Shown here: positions 1 to 8,010 of the stretch, piece after piece
Layout of the letters: the number at the start of each line of letters is the position of its first letter
Numbering within the stretch: position 1 is the stretch's first letter
Source of the DNA: a virus
Lineage: Duplodnaviria > Caudoviricetes
Virus record (IMG/VR): IMGVR_UViG_3300028887_000078
Length of the DNA stretch: 64,000 bases
Reading direction: 5' to 3' (one strand)
Notes under the pieces: generated by a model
What the model was told of the DNA's origin: nothing
Databases searched by the model: none
Seen by the model: the letters and a program-made list of their open reading frames with translations, nothing else
Made by a program: the position numbers and the translations under genes

Positions 1-5
1 AGTAT

Positions 6-638
6 GTGAATATGCTCAACACCAAGAACCCGCATTTCGCTATGGGGAATGTCTCATCGCTCGGTCTGTGGGATGTTGTGACGGGAGCGGAGATGACCGA
101 CCGTATGAAGAAGAACGTGACGAAGGCGTTGTTTGAGTGCGCGAAGGATGACCGTCCCCTATACACGAAACTCGCCGTCATTTACAACGAGTTTGACGAG
201 CGGTGCGTGTATGACATCCTGCACAAGTTGAAGTTTTCAAACACTGACGCGAAGAATATCTCCAAACTCATCGGACACCTCCACGACTTTGACACTGATT
301 GCAGCGACAAGAACATAAGACTGACACAGGTCAGGTTCCGCAGGGCAAGGTTCTATGAACTTGTGTGGACGATGCAGGCGCTCGGTATGGAGAATGCGAA
401 CATCGTATTCCGCAAGACAAATACGAGCGTCTGTGATATGTTCGGGTACAAACTCCCGCTTGACGGCAATGACATCATCAGGGAACTTGGAATCGGCAGC
501 GGTGCTATGGTCGGTGCGATACTTGATGAGATGCTGCACGTCGTGTGTGAAAACCCGCTTGTCACGAGAGATGAACTGCTCGGTTTGTTCAGGGGGCGCG
601 TAACCAATCTTGAAAGTATTGACAAAAATTGTGAATAG
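6..638 (+). CDS. C-terminal part of a CCA-adding tRNA nucleotidyltransferase / poly(A) polymerase family protein (probably starts upstream of the window)
   Basis: C-terminal motif LPLDGNDII-ELGIGSG-MVGAILD...ENP...TRDELL is typical of the class II nucleotidyltransferase tail; the tRNA genes here lack CCA. Confidence 0.7.
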   Translation: MNMLNTKNPHFAMGNVSSLGLWDVVTGAEMTDRMKKNVTKALFECAKDDRPLYTKLAVIYNEFDERCVYDILHKLKFSNTDAKNISKLIGHLHDFDTDCSDKNIRLTQVRFRRARFYELVWTMQALGMENANIVFRKTNTSVCDMFGYKLPLDGNDIIRELGIGSGAMVGAILDEMLHVVCENPLVTRDELLGLFRGRVTNLESIDKNCE

Positions 639-640
639 GT

Positions 641-1051
641 ATGGGCAGGTTTAGTGATATATTGCCTGAAATAGAGTCGTTTGAGGTTGGGAAGGAAAAG
701 GACTCTGACAATTATTTCGTTGAATGGAAGTTCAATATGTTGAGTAATTACGACGAGGAGGTCTGTAAGTGCATTTCAGAAGGCGCACCCATAACCGTGT
801 GGTTTGATGAAGTCCGTTGCATCACGTTCAATGGAAACGAGAGTGATGTCGTGAAGGAAAAGAGCAGGGTTGTTGTCACGTTCCGCAACATATTTGCGAC
901 GCCAAAGGACGTGGTGTGCGGTATGTGGATTGAAAACGATATTTTCTGCGACCTTTTCAATGAGAATACGGCATTTTCCTCGATTGATTTGTATATTGGG
1001 GAATATGCAAAAAAAATCGCGGAGTTTTATGGCATTGCGTTGGGTTCGTAA
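641..1051 (+). CDS. Hypothetical protein; last codons supplied by the IS607-like insertion
   Basis: 136-aa ORF coupled to the upstream gene; ends TTG GGT TCG TAA across the element's left junction. Confidence 0.7.
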   Translation: MGRFSDILPEIESFEVGKEKDSDNYFVEWKFNMLSNYDEEVCKCISEGAPITVWFDEVRCITFNGNESDVVKEKSRVVVTFRNIFATPKDVVCGMWIENDIFCDLFNENTAFSSIDLYIGEYAKKIAEFYGIALGS

Positions 1052-1143
1052 CAGTTCCTTGAAAATCTAATAAAATCTACGAAAAACTTGTAAAAACTAA
1101 CTGATATAAATATATTATAGTTTCAGACTATTTATAAATATAA

Positions 1144-1251
1144 TGAACGGAAGTAGCAAGACGTTCAAATTATTCAAAAGAAGATATATAGGGATAACTC
1201 CATCTCGGTTCTTGCTACGTTTTATTTACCGAGCGGATGCGTCCCTTTTTT
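1144..1251 (+). ncRNA. Structured 5' leader of tnpB (two hairpins with complementary loops, terminator-like end)
   Basis: TGAACG/CGTTCA stem with loop GTAGCAAGA (1153-1161); CTCGGT/ACCGAG stem with loop TCTTGCTAC (1210-1218); GGGA...TCCC followed by T6. Confidence 0.55.
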
Positions 1252-1258
1252 ATTGACT

Positions 1259-2515
1259 ATGTTGCGAGGAATCAAGGTAAGGTTATATCCCAACAAGGAA
1301 CAGCAGGCAAGACTGAATCAAGTTCTTGGTTGCTATAGATTTGTGTATAACAAGACACTTGAACTCAAACGCAATGTCTATGACGAGGACAAGACCAACC
1401 TCAAACTAACCGACATTTCAAAGTGGTTTCACGGAACGCTGTTAAAAGATGAAAACTATGCTTGGTTGCAGGAACAGAACACAAAGGTGATGAAACAGTC
1501 AATCCGTCAGATGCTTGACGCTTATTCAAACTTCTTCAAACAGCACAAGGGATTCCCGAAGTTCAAGTCAAAGAAGGACAACCAATCGGCATTGTTTCCA
1601 TACGAGGCGATTTCCAAACGCAACACATTCAACGAAAGAAAAATAACTCTCACTAAAGACCTGAAGAACATCCGTTTCAGATGTTCCGACTTGTATTTCA
1701 AGAGACTTCAAGACTACAAAGATTGTATAAGGAGTGCAACCGTTTCGAGAACCAAGAGCGGCAACTACTTCCTTTCAATCCTTGTTGACATCCCGAAGGA
1801 AGAACTTATCAAGTTCAAGCATACCAAGCAGTGTGTCGGAATAGACCTCGGAGTCAAGGATTTTGTAATCACAAGTGACGGCGAGGTCTTTGAAAACAAA
1901 CACTTTTTCAAAAAGCAAGAAAAGAAAGTCAAGCGATTGCAGAAGCAACTGTCAAAGAAAGTAAAAGGTTCACACAACCGAGAGAAACAGCGTGTCAGAA
2001 TTGCAAAGGCGTTTGAACGACTTACCAACCAAAAGGATGCTTATATTCATTCGGTTGTGAATGCTTTGTTGTCTTTGTACGACTTGGTTTGTATAGAGGA
2101 TTTGAATGTGCAGGGAATGGTGAAAAACCACAAATTAGCAAAAGCAATTCAAGAGGTCGGTTTCTACAAGTTCAAGCAGATTTTGCTTGACAAAGCAAGT
2201 GTCAACGGCAAGCAGGTTGTCTTGGTTGACCGTTTCTATCCGAGCAGCAAGACCTGCCACAAGTGCGGATATGTGAAGAAAGATTTGACTTTGAGTGACC
2301 GTGAATGGGTCTGCCCTATTTGCGGTGAGCATCTTGAAAGGGACATAAATGCTGCAATCAACATATTGATTGAAGGATTAAGAATAATAGGTGTCCGTAG
2401 CACCGAATTTACGCTTGCGGAGAACCCAACCGTGGATGACCGTCTGGCAACAGACCTAAAAAGCGGTGGTTCGTTGAAACAAGAAAGAAGGACTAATAAT
2501 TCCAATTTTTATTAA
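1259..2515 (+). CDS. tnpB: TnpB RNA-guided endonuclease (intact RuvC triad)
   Basis: N-terminal KVRLYPN HTH; GIDLG, IEDL, CxxCG-CxxCG zinc finger, RDINAA; ATG 1259 preferred over TTG 1253. Confidence 0.95.
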   Translation: MLRGIKVRLYPNKEQQARLNQVLGCYRFVYNKTLELKRNVYDEDKTNLKLTDISKWFHGTLLKDENYAWLQEQNTKVMKQSIRQMLDAYSNFFKQHKGFPKFKSKKDNQSALFPYEAISKRNTFNERKITLTKDLKNIRFRCSDLYFKRLQDYKDCIRSATVSRTKSGNYFLSILVDIPKEELIKFKHTKQCVGIDLGVKDFVITSDGEVFENKHFFKKQEKKVKRLQKQLSKKVKGSHNREKQRVRIAKAFERLTNQKDAYIHSVVNALLSLYDLVCIEDLNVQGMVKNHKLAKAIQEVGFYKFKQILLDKASVNGKQVVLVDRFYPSSKTCHKCGYVKKDLTLSDREWVCPICGEHLERDINAAINILIEGLRIIGVRSTEFTLAENPTVDDRLATDLKSGGSLKQERRTNNSNFY

Positions 2516-2555
2516 ATTTTTCTATACGGTTTGGGTGGTTGAATGATTGTTGCGC
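2388..2555 (+). ncRNA. omegaRNA scaffold overlapping the tnpB 3' end, with predicted guide 2536-2555
   Basis: GGTG..GCACC hairpin and CTTG-CGGAG...GAAA-CAAG stem; matches the orphan copy at 60240 with compensatory changes. Confidence 0.7.
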
Positions 2556-2572
2556 AGATTTGATTTTTTCCA

Positions 2573-2582
2573 TTATATTCAA
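2573..2582 (+). promoter_or_regulatory. TTATATTCAA promoter-like motif (representative of 10 copies)
   Basis: Also at 32503, 48077, 50224, 51044, 52721 (+) and 57663, 58178, 58721, 62390 (-), each shortly upstream of an ATG. Confidence 0.7.
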
Positions 2583-2597
2583 TAAAAACAAACTGCT

Positions 2598-3140
2598 ATG
2601 ACAATAATTTGGGGTGATTGGTACGACAGCGACACAAAAATGCTGAAACTTCTTTGGGAGGGAATCCCGAATGTGAACCTTGTCCATCTCACGAAAAAAT
2701 GGAACAGTGTTATGGAGAAGGCGGTAGACCTTGCGATTTCAAACGAGAAGGACACATTGCTGATTTGCGGTCACGGGACGCAGTACGGACTTCTTGTCCC
2801 GCAGTCGTTAACGGAGTATGCCGTGCATCGGATGAACGTTGGACTGATACAGGCGAAAAGGGTTGTCGGGATTATGTGCTACGGGGCGGAGTTTGCAAAG
2901 AGTGTCGGTCTGCACGGTCTGTTCTCGTCTATGTTCATCAGCAACGTGAACGAAGCGGTTGACAATTCCATTTTTACCACCCGTGAAACCATACACGAAA
3001 CCAATGCTGTCATTTTGGGCATCATAAACGAATATCTTGCGAACAGAATCACTTTGGATGAATGCCTGCAAAAACTGCAATGCGAGACTCCCGCCAATGC
3101 AGTTGCGGAGTTCAATGCAAGCGGTGTGCAGGTGGTTTAG
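2598..3140 (+). CDS. Putative caspase/CHAT-fold cysteine peptidase-like protein
   Basis: Hydrophobic strand + GHG (LLICGHG) and a later strand + Cys (VGIMCY), the His-Cys dyad layout. Confidence 0.4.
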   Translation: MTIIWGDWYDSDTKMLKLLWEGIPNVNLVHLTKKWNSVMEKAVDLAISNEKDTLLICGHGTQYGLLVPQSLTEYAVHRMNVGLIQAKRVVGIMCYGAEFAKSVGLHGLFSSMFISNVNEAVDNSIFTTRETIHETNAVILGIINEYLANRITLDECLQKLQCETPANAVAEFNASGVQVV

Positions 3141-3343
3141 AGTCTGACTTTCAGTTTTACAGGGTCGTCGCTTGGTTTCAGGTCTGCGAGCATTTCGTCG
3201 AACGGTGTGTTGTCTACGTTTATCATACTTGTATAGGGGAACGACTGCCAATGCAGACCGCTTATGTTGTTTTTGACGGGTTCCGAAAAGTGGAGGTGGA
3301 GTCTTCCGTCACAGTCCCTTGCAAACCAAACTTCCATTGTCAT
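3137..3343 (-). CDS. Hypothetical protein
   Basis: 68-aa ORF at the end of a tightly packed minus-strand operon. Confidence 0.65.
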   Translation of the reverse strand: MTMEVWFARDCDGRLHLHFSEPVKNNISGLHWQSFPYTSMINVDNTPFDEMLADLKPSDDPVKLKVRL

Positions 3344-3352
3344 TCCATATCA

Positions 3353-3568
3353 TCACCATTCTTCCGCGGGGCAGGTCTCTGTTGACCATTTCGCTTTCTT
3401 CACGAGATAGCACCCGCATATCCCGCAAGTCCATTTCTCCTCGTTGAGGTATCTGCACTCCGCGCATTTGTCAAGGCGTCTTGAGTATTCCTCGAACGAG
3501 GTTTTTTTGAAGTGTCCGTATATTGCGTATCTGAAAATCGCACGGATGAACCTGAATAGCGTTTTCAT
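3353..3568 (-). CDS. Small Cys-rich zinc-binding protein (DUF6171-like)
   Basis: RLDKCAEC...CGICGC.L..K......CP pattern. Confidence 0.6.
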   Translation of the reverse strand: MKTLFRFIRAIFRYAIYGHFKKTSFEEYSRRLDKCAECRYLNEEKWTCGICGCYLVKKAKWSTETCPAEEW

Positions 3569-5052
3569 CAGAAGTTGTTTATGATATAGTATGCGATTTC
3601 GTGGAGTTCTTCATCTGTGAGTTCCACGATGTTGTCTGTTCCGTATTCTCCGTTGTAGAACACAGGTTCGCCGTTGTCGTCGAGTTTCACGAATGTCACC
3701 ATTCCGTTCTTGAACTTGTGCGGTGTGCCGAGGTTGAGTTGGTAGTCGTAGTCGGAAAGCACGTCGGCAATCATCATTTTGTCCTCAAGTTTCTCCTTTT
3801 CGCCATTGAGCACCTGTTCCGCTATGAACTGCTCTGAAGTGTAAACACTCCCTGCGTTTTCAAGTACGGCGTTTTCCTTTGAAAGCATCGAGAGATAAAG
3901 GTATGCGCATTTGTGGGTGTAGTCCGCTTTCACATATTTGTCTTCGCCGAGCGCCTCTCCTGCGTTTATGTCGACTTTGAAGTCTTCAATCTTTATGCCG
4001 CCGATTGGTTCCCTCACTTGTTCCGCGACGGACTTCATAACACTTTCGTTGTTCACGGTCGCTATCATAACGTCGATTGGGGACGGGAGTGACTTCTTGT
4101 TGTTTATTCCGTCGTATTGCTCGACCATATATGTTGCGAACCTGAAATTCTTGACTTTGTTGTCGTCACCCTCGTTTGCAAATTTGACTGCGTCTTCAAC
4201 GGTTTGTTCAGCACCCGTTTTTTTGTAGAACTCCATCCTTCTTTTGTTGAGTTCGTTTGACACGTCAAGGTTCCCCTCGTCGTCCGCAAGCGCTTTTTCA
4301 AGTTCTCCCTTTCCGATTCCTTCAAGCATTTTCTTTATCGCTTTCGCGGTCAGACCTGCGTCTTTTATGAGTTCGGTCGGTTCCCCGTAGTCGCTTGCAA
4401 GCGCACTGTTTGTTTTTTGCGCCGCTTCGCGTTCCTTTTCCATCGCTTCGAGTCTTTCCTGTTCCTTTTTGTGTTTTTCCTCGTTTTTCTTTTCCTGCTC
4501 TTTTTTTAATTTTTCCTCTTTCAGGAGTTTTGTTGTCTCCTTTCTGATTATTTCGTTGGCAATTATCTTCGACTGTGTAATCATAAGACTTGCCCATTCC
4601 ATAAGCATATTGCTTTTCTTTGCACGGAGGTTTATTTTTTCAATGATGGCGTTGATTTTGTCCATCAGTGCCTTGTCGCCTGTGAGGAACAGCACACCTT
4701 CCTTGTTCGACGCGTTCTTTTTCTCGCCGTTTGTGCTTGCGCCGACTTTTGCGAAGTCCACGTCTTTTGCAAGTGTGTCCTTGTTTTGTTCGTCCACGAT
4801 TCTGACGTCGTCCATATTCTTTGCGACATTGAGTGCGCTTTCAACATAGGTGTTGATGTATTCCACGCACATTTTCTTTATGTCTTTGACGCGTTTCATA
4901 TAACGGACTGATATGAATTTGAAGTAACCTTTCACTTTCGGGGCGTCTTTCACATAGGTCGCAGTCCCGTTGTCGTTCTTCGCTTCCATAAGAAGTTCCT
5001 GCGGCATAAGTTTGTTGAGGCTTTCCTCGATATAGTTTGTGTAATCTGTCAT
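3568..5052 (-). CDS. Late coiled-coil protein, possibly virion-internal
   Basis: 494 aa with a K/E-rich coil; TATAAATA upstream (5074-5081, minus); N-terminal LLME propeptide-like site. Confidence 0.6.
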   Translation of the reverse strand: MTDYTNYIEESLNKLMPQELLMEAKNDNGTATYVKDAPKVKGYFKFISVRYMKRVKDIKKMCVEYINTYVESALNVAKNMDDVRIVDEQNKDTLAKDVDFAKVGASTNGEKKNASNKEGVLFLTGDKALMDKINAIIEKINLRAKKSNMLMEWASLMITQSKIIANEIIRKETTKLLKEEKLKKEQEKKNEEKHKKEQERLEAMEKEREAAQKTNSALASDYGEPTELIKDAGLTAKAIKKMLEGIGKGELEKALADDEGNLDVSNELNKRRMEFYKKTGAEQTVEDAVKFANEGDDNKVKNFRFATYMVEQYDGINNKKSLPSPIDVMIATVNNESVMKSVAEQVREPIGGIKIEDFKVDINAGEALGEDKYVKADYTHKCAYLYLSMLSKENAVLENAGSVYTSEQFIAEQVLNGEKEKLEDKMMIADVLSDYDYQLNLGTPHKFKNGMVTFVKLDDNGEPVFYNGEYGTDNIVELTDEELHEIAYYIINNF

Positions 5053-5083
5053 ATTGGATAAATTTATTCAATATATTTATATG

Positions 5084-5102
5084 AATATATCATTGATATA
5101 TC
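5084..5102. promoter_or_regulatory. GATATATC-N3-GATATATC box, copy 1
   Basis: AATATATC ATT GATATATC between divergent TATAAATA promoters. Confidence 0.7.
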
Positions 5103-5119
5103 GCTTTGCTATAAATAAT

Positions 5120-6403
5120 CGGAATTATCCCTTTAGTCTTGTAAAATGTGAGTAATATAAATATAGTATAGTATTTCAATCAGATGGAGAGGACGTACAC
5201 ATATAAGTTCAGGTTATATCCGAACAAAGAACAAGAGATTTATCTCGTCAATGTGTTTGGATGTTGCAGGCTTGTATATAACCATTTCCTCAATGAAAAG
5301 AAAACCCAATACAATGAATCCAAAACAAGTGATTCGTACAATGTTCAATCAGGTAAATTAACTGAACTTCGTAAAACGAATGAATTTGAGTTCTTGAATG
5401 CTGTTCCTTTGCAGGTATTACAATGCAGTTTGAGGAATATGCACAATGCTTATGACAACTTCTACAAACACAAAAGTTCCTATCCGAAGTTCAAGAACAG
5501 AAGGAACAAACAGTCGTTTAAGTTACCACAAGAACAGTGTTTTAGAATAAAAGATAACAAACTTTACATTCCTAAACTAAAAAGCGGAATTGACATTGTA
5601 ATGGAACGTAAGATTATAGGCAAAATATGCTTTGCCACAATCTCAAAGAATAAGGCGGGCAAATACCACATAGCAATTACTGTTAAACAGGATTACATAC
5701 CTTATGGAAAGACCAACCGTTCTGTCGGTCTTGACCTCGGCATAAAGGATTTCGTCATCACAAGTGACGGGGTTAAATACAAGAACCATAGAAGTATAAT
5801 AAGGACATTAAAACGTAAACTAAAACATAACCAAAGACATCTGTCAAGGAAAGTTTATGGTAGCAAGCGATACGAAAACCAAGTGTTGAAATGCAACCGA
5901 ATCTATCAGAAGATAACAGATGCCAAAACTGACTACATTCATAAGATAACCACAGAACTTGTCAGACACTACGATGTGATAAAGGTTGAAGACCTAAACA
6001 TTAAAGGGATGATGAAGAACCACAAGTTGGCAGAGGCAATATCAGAATGTAATTGGTATCAGTTCATTCAAACTCTTGAATATAAGTGTTTGTGGAATGA
6101 AAAAGAACTTATAAAGATTGACCGTTTCTATCCGTCAAGTCAGATGTGCAGTGAATGTGGTTATGTTGAAAAAAAAGTCAGAAACCTAAATGTGAGGGAA
6201 TGGACTTGCTGTAACTGCGGTTGTCATCACGACCGTGATGTAAATGCAGCAAGAAACATTTTGAAATATAATTCGGCAAGGAATGTCGAAAACAGTCGTG
6301 GAGTTGTATGCAAACTGAATGAAAGAACCAAATCAGTTGGTGATTGTTCGGACAACTGTGAAGCGATTATTGAACTTTTACAAGACTAAAAGGGATAATT
6401 CCG
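5120..6403 (+). mobile_element. tnpB cassette bounded by 27/28-bp terminal inverted repeats
   Basis: CGGAATTATCCCTTTAGTCTTGTAAAA (5120-5146) vs TTTTACAAGACTAAAAGGGATAATTCCG (6376-6403); flanks TAAATAAT / TAAATAAA. Confidence 0.75.
5184..6389 (+). CDS. tnpB: TnpB RNA-guided endonuclease (intact RuvC triad)
   Basis: YKFRLYPN, GLDLG, VEDL, CSECG-CCNCG, RDVNAA; stop codon lies inside the right inverted repeat. Confidence 0.95.
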   Translation: MERTYTYKFRLYPNKEQEIYLVNVFGCCRLVYNHFLNEKKTQYNESKTSDSYNVQSGKLTELRKTNEFEFLNAVPLQVLQCSLRNMHNAYDNFYKHKSSYPKFKNRRNKQSFKLPQEQCFRIKDNKLYIPKLKSGIDIVMERKIIGKICFATISKNKAGKYHIAITVKQDYIPYGKTNRSVGLDLGIKDFVITSDGVKYKNHRSIIRTLKRKLKHNQRHLSRKVYGSKRYENQVLKCNRIYQKITDAKTDYIHKITTELVRHYDVIKVEDLNIKGMMKNHKLAEAISECNWYQFIQTLEYKCLWNEKELIKIDRFYPSSQMCSECGYVEKKVRNLNVREWTCCNCGCHHDRDVNAARNILKYNSARNVENSRGVVCKLNERTKSVGDCSDNCEAIIELLQD

Positions 6404-6429
6404 TAAATAAATATAGCAAAGATTTGATT

Positions 6430-8010
6430 ATGCAACCGACGAAACCTACAGAGAACGGGGTCAAGTACCTTCAATTAACGGACAGCATATTGATGGAATA
6501 TGTGTATGTCTGTGACAGATATGTGTCCAACAGCGGAACGGATTTGGACGGAGACACGCTTGCCGTCGATGAAAACGGCGACTTTATGAACACCTATGGA
6601 CACAGTCCTGTTTCCACATACCGAATCGCAAAGAACGAGTATGTGGACGAATTGTACTTTATGAACGATGAGTTGTCATCGGCACTTACAAACAACAGTA
6701 TGCGGAACACAGTCCTGCCTGTGAGGAAAGACCAAACCAAATGGGTCGCCACCAACAGGGTGAACGGGAAGTATTATTCCAAATACGACACGAAATGGGC
6801 GGACATAGACCCAATTTCAGGTGAAATGAGCATCAACAGGATACCTACCGCGCCGTACGGCGAGTATGTCCCGTATGACATAGTGAGATTCTATTTCCAA
6901 AGTGGGTACCATTCCGAATACGACGGGTTCATATTCAACTTGTACACGAGAAACAGGAACAACGAGTATGTTAACCTTCTCTGTGCTATGCACGAGAACT
7001 ATGGGAACTTCAGGATGCTGTCCGAACCGTTTTGGTTTGCCGACAAACTTTATACAAACTACATAGAGTACAGGGTTCCTTCCACTGCATATCTGTCGTC
7101 CGACGCAATCGGTGGCAACACGCCTTCTATGGAAATGAACAGATGGGGCGGAAGCGGAAATTACGACAAGACGAACCCCGACCCTGAAACACTGCCGTAT
7201 TTTCTTACACACAGCATAGGGTTCTACAACAACCCTGCAATAGGAATTGACCTGCACGCGGTCACAGGTTATGAGATGGACAGGGGGTTCAGGGTTTACA
7301 AGTCTCTTATGCTGACCTCGACGCTGTTTCCCAACAAGGACTCCTATGAAAGACTGATGGCGGTTGCAAGACCCGCGTCCGACGGGGACTACTACAAACT
7401 CTATGCCTATTATGAGAACGACCTGTCGAATCCTATTTACGATGAAATGTCCCTTTATGAATATCTGAAACAATACAGGAACACCTTCACGGTCGTGCAT
7501 ATCATAACTGTCAGCGAAACCTACACGGATGACGCTAACAACACCGTGACCGACACCCAGCCGCCTATGACGTACATACAGTCTTGGGAAAACCTTGAGA
7601 GTATGTACGAGGCGAATGAATCGCCTGAAATCCTTTTCCGACCTGTCCTGAAACACACTTCAAGGATGCTCTCCGACGGGGACGGTGCAAGGATAAGGTA
7701 TGTGGTGCGAATAACCAACGACAGGGACAACACCACGATTATCAAGAACACATCCTGTTCAATCATAAGACCAAGAAGGTTCGGTTTGAATATGGTTAAC
7801 GCAAACATAAACTCTATGAATGATGTGCGGGTTTACAACCGTGTGGAAAGCGGTCCAGTCCTGAACGTGACCACAGTCACCCGCCCGCTCGGTTCTGTTT
7901 CGTCGGAACAGGCGCCTGTGCAGGTGAACACCTATGTGACATCTTCGTTCATAGACAGGAGAAACATAAAAATACGGGTGTCCCCCGTTAGAATAGAGGA
8001 GGTTGAATAA
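6430..8010 (+). CDS. Probable virion structural protein
   Basis: Long Y/T/N-rich ORF; start moved to ATG 6430 because the upstream extension lies in the mobile element. Confidence 0.55.
   Translation: MQPTKPTENGVKYLQLTDSILMEYVYVCDRYVSNSGTDLDGDTLAVDENGDFMNTYGHSPVSTYRIAKNEYVDELYFMNDELSSALTNNSMRNTVLPVRKDQTKWVATNRVNGKYYSKYDTKWADIDPISGEMSINRIPTAPYGEYVPYDIVRFYFQSGYHSEYDGFIFNLYTRNRNNEYVNLLCAMHENYGNFRMLSEPFWFADKLYTNYIEYRVPSTAYLSSDAIGGNTPSMEMNRWGGSGNYDKTNPDPETLPYFLTHSIGFYNNPAIGIDLHAVTGYEMDRGFRVYKSLMLTSTLFPNKDSYERLMAVARPASDGDYYKLYAYYENDLSNPIYDEMSLYEYLKQYRNTFTVVHIITVSETYTDDANNTVTDTQPPMTYIQSWENLESMYEANESPEILFRPVLKHTSRMLSDGDGARIRYVVRITNDRDNTTIIKNTSCSIIRPRRFGLNMVNANINSMNDVRVYNRVESGPVLNVTTVTRPLGSVSSEQAPVQVNTYVTSSFIDRRNIKIRVSPVRIEEVE

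Larger units (their letters stand above)
1045..2535 (+). mobile_element. Non-autonomous IS607-like element (tnpB only)
   Basis: TTGGGT at both junctions (1040-1045, 2531-2536); 11-bp-phased AAAATCTA-like repeats in the left end; tnpB followed by an omegaRNA-like 3' region; no tnpA. Confidence 0.75.

Noticed and set aside
1045-1258. Group I intron (IStron) in the IS607-like left end
   Set aside because: Only about 210 nt, mostly AT-rich end repeats and two hairpins; no recognisable P3/P7 core.
6319-6429. N-terminal extensions of ORF-track calls (6319, 27818, 32479, 43317, 49706, 52718, 58261, 58757)
   Set aside because: They run through promoters, element ends or neighbouring genes; downstream ATGs fit the promoter and coupling pattern better.
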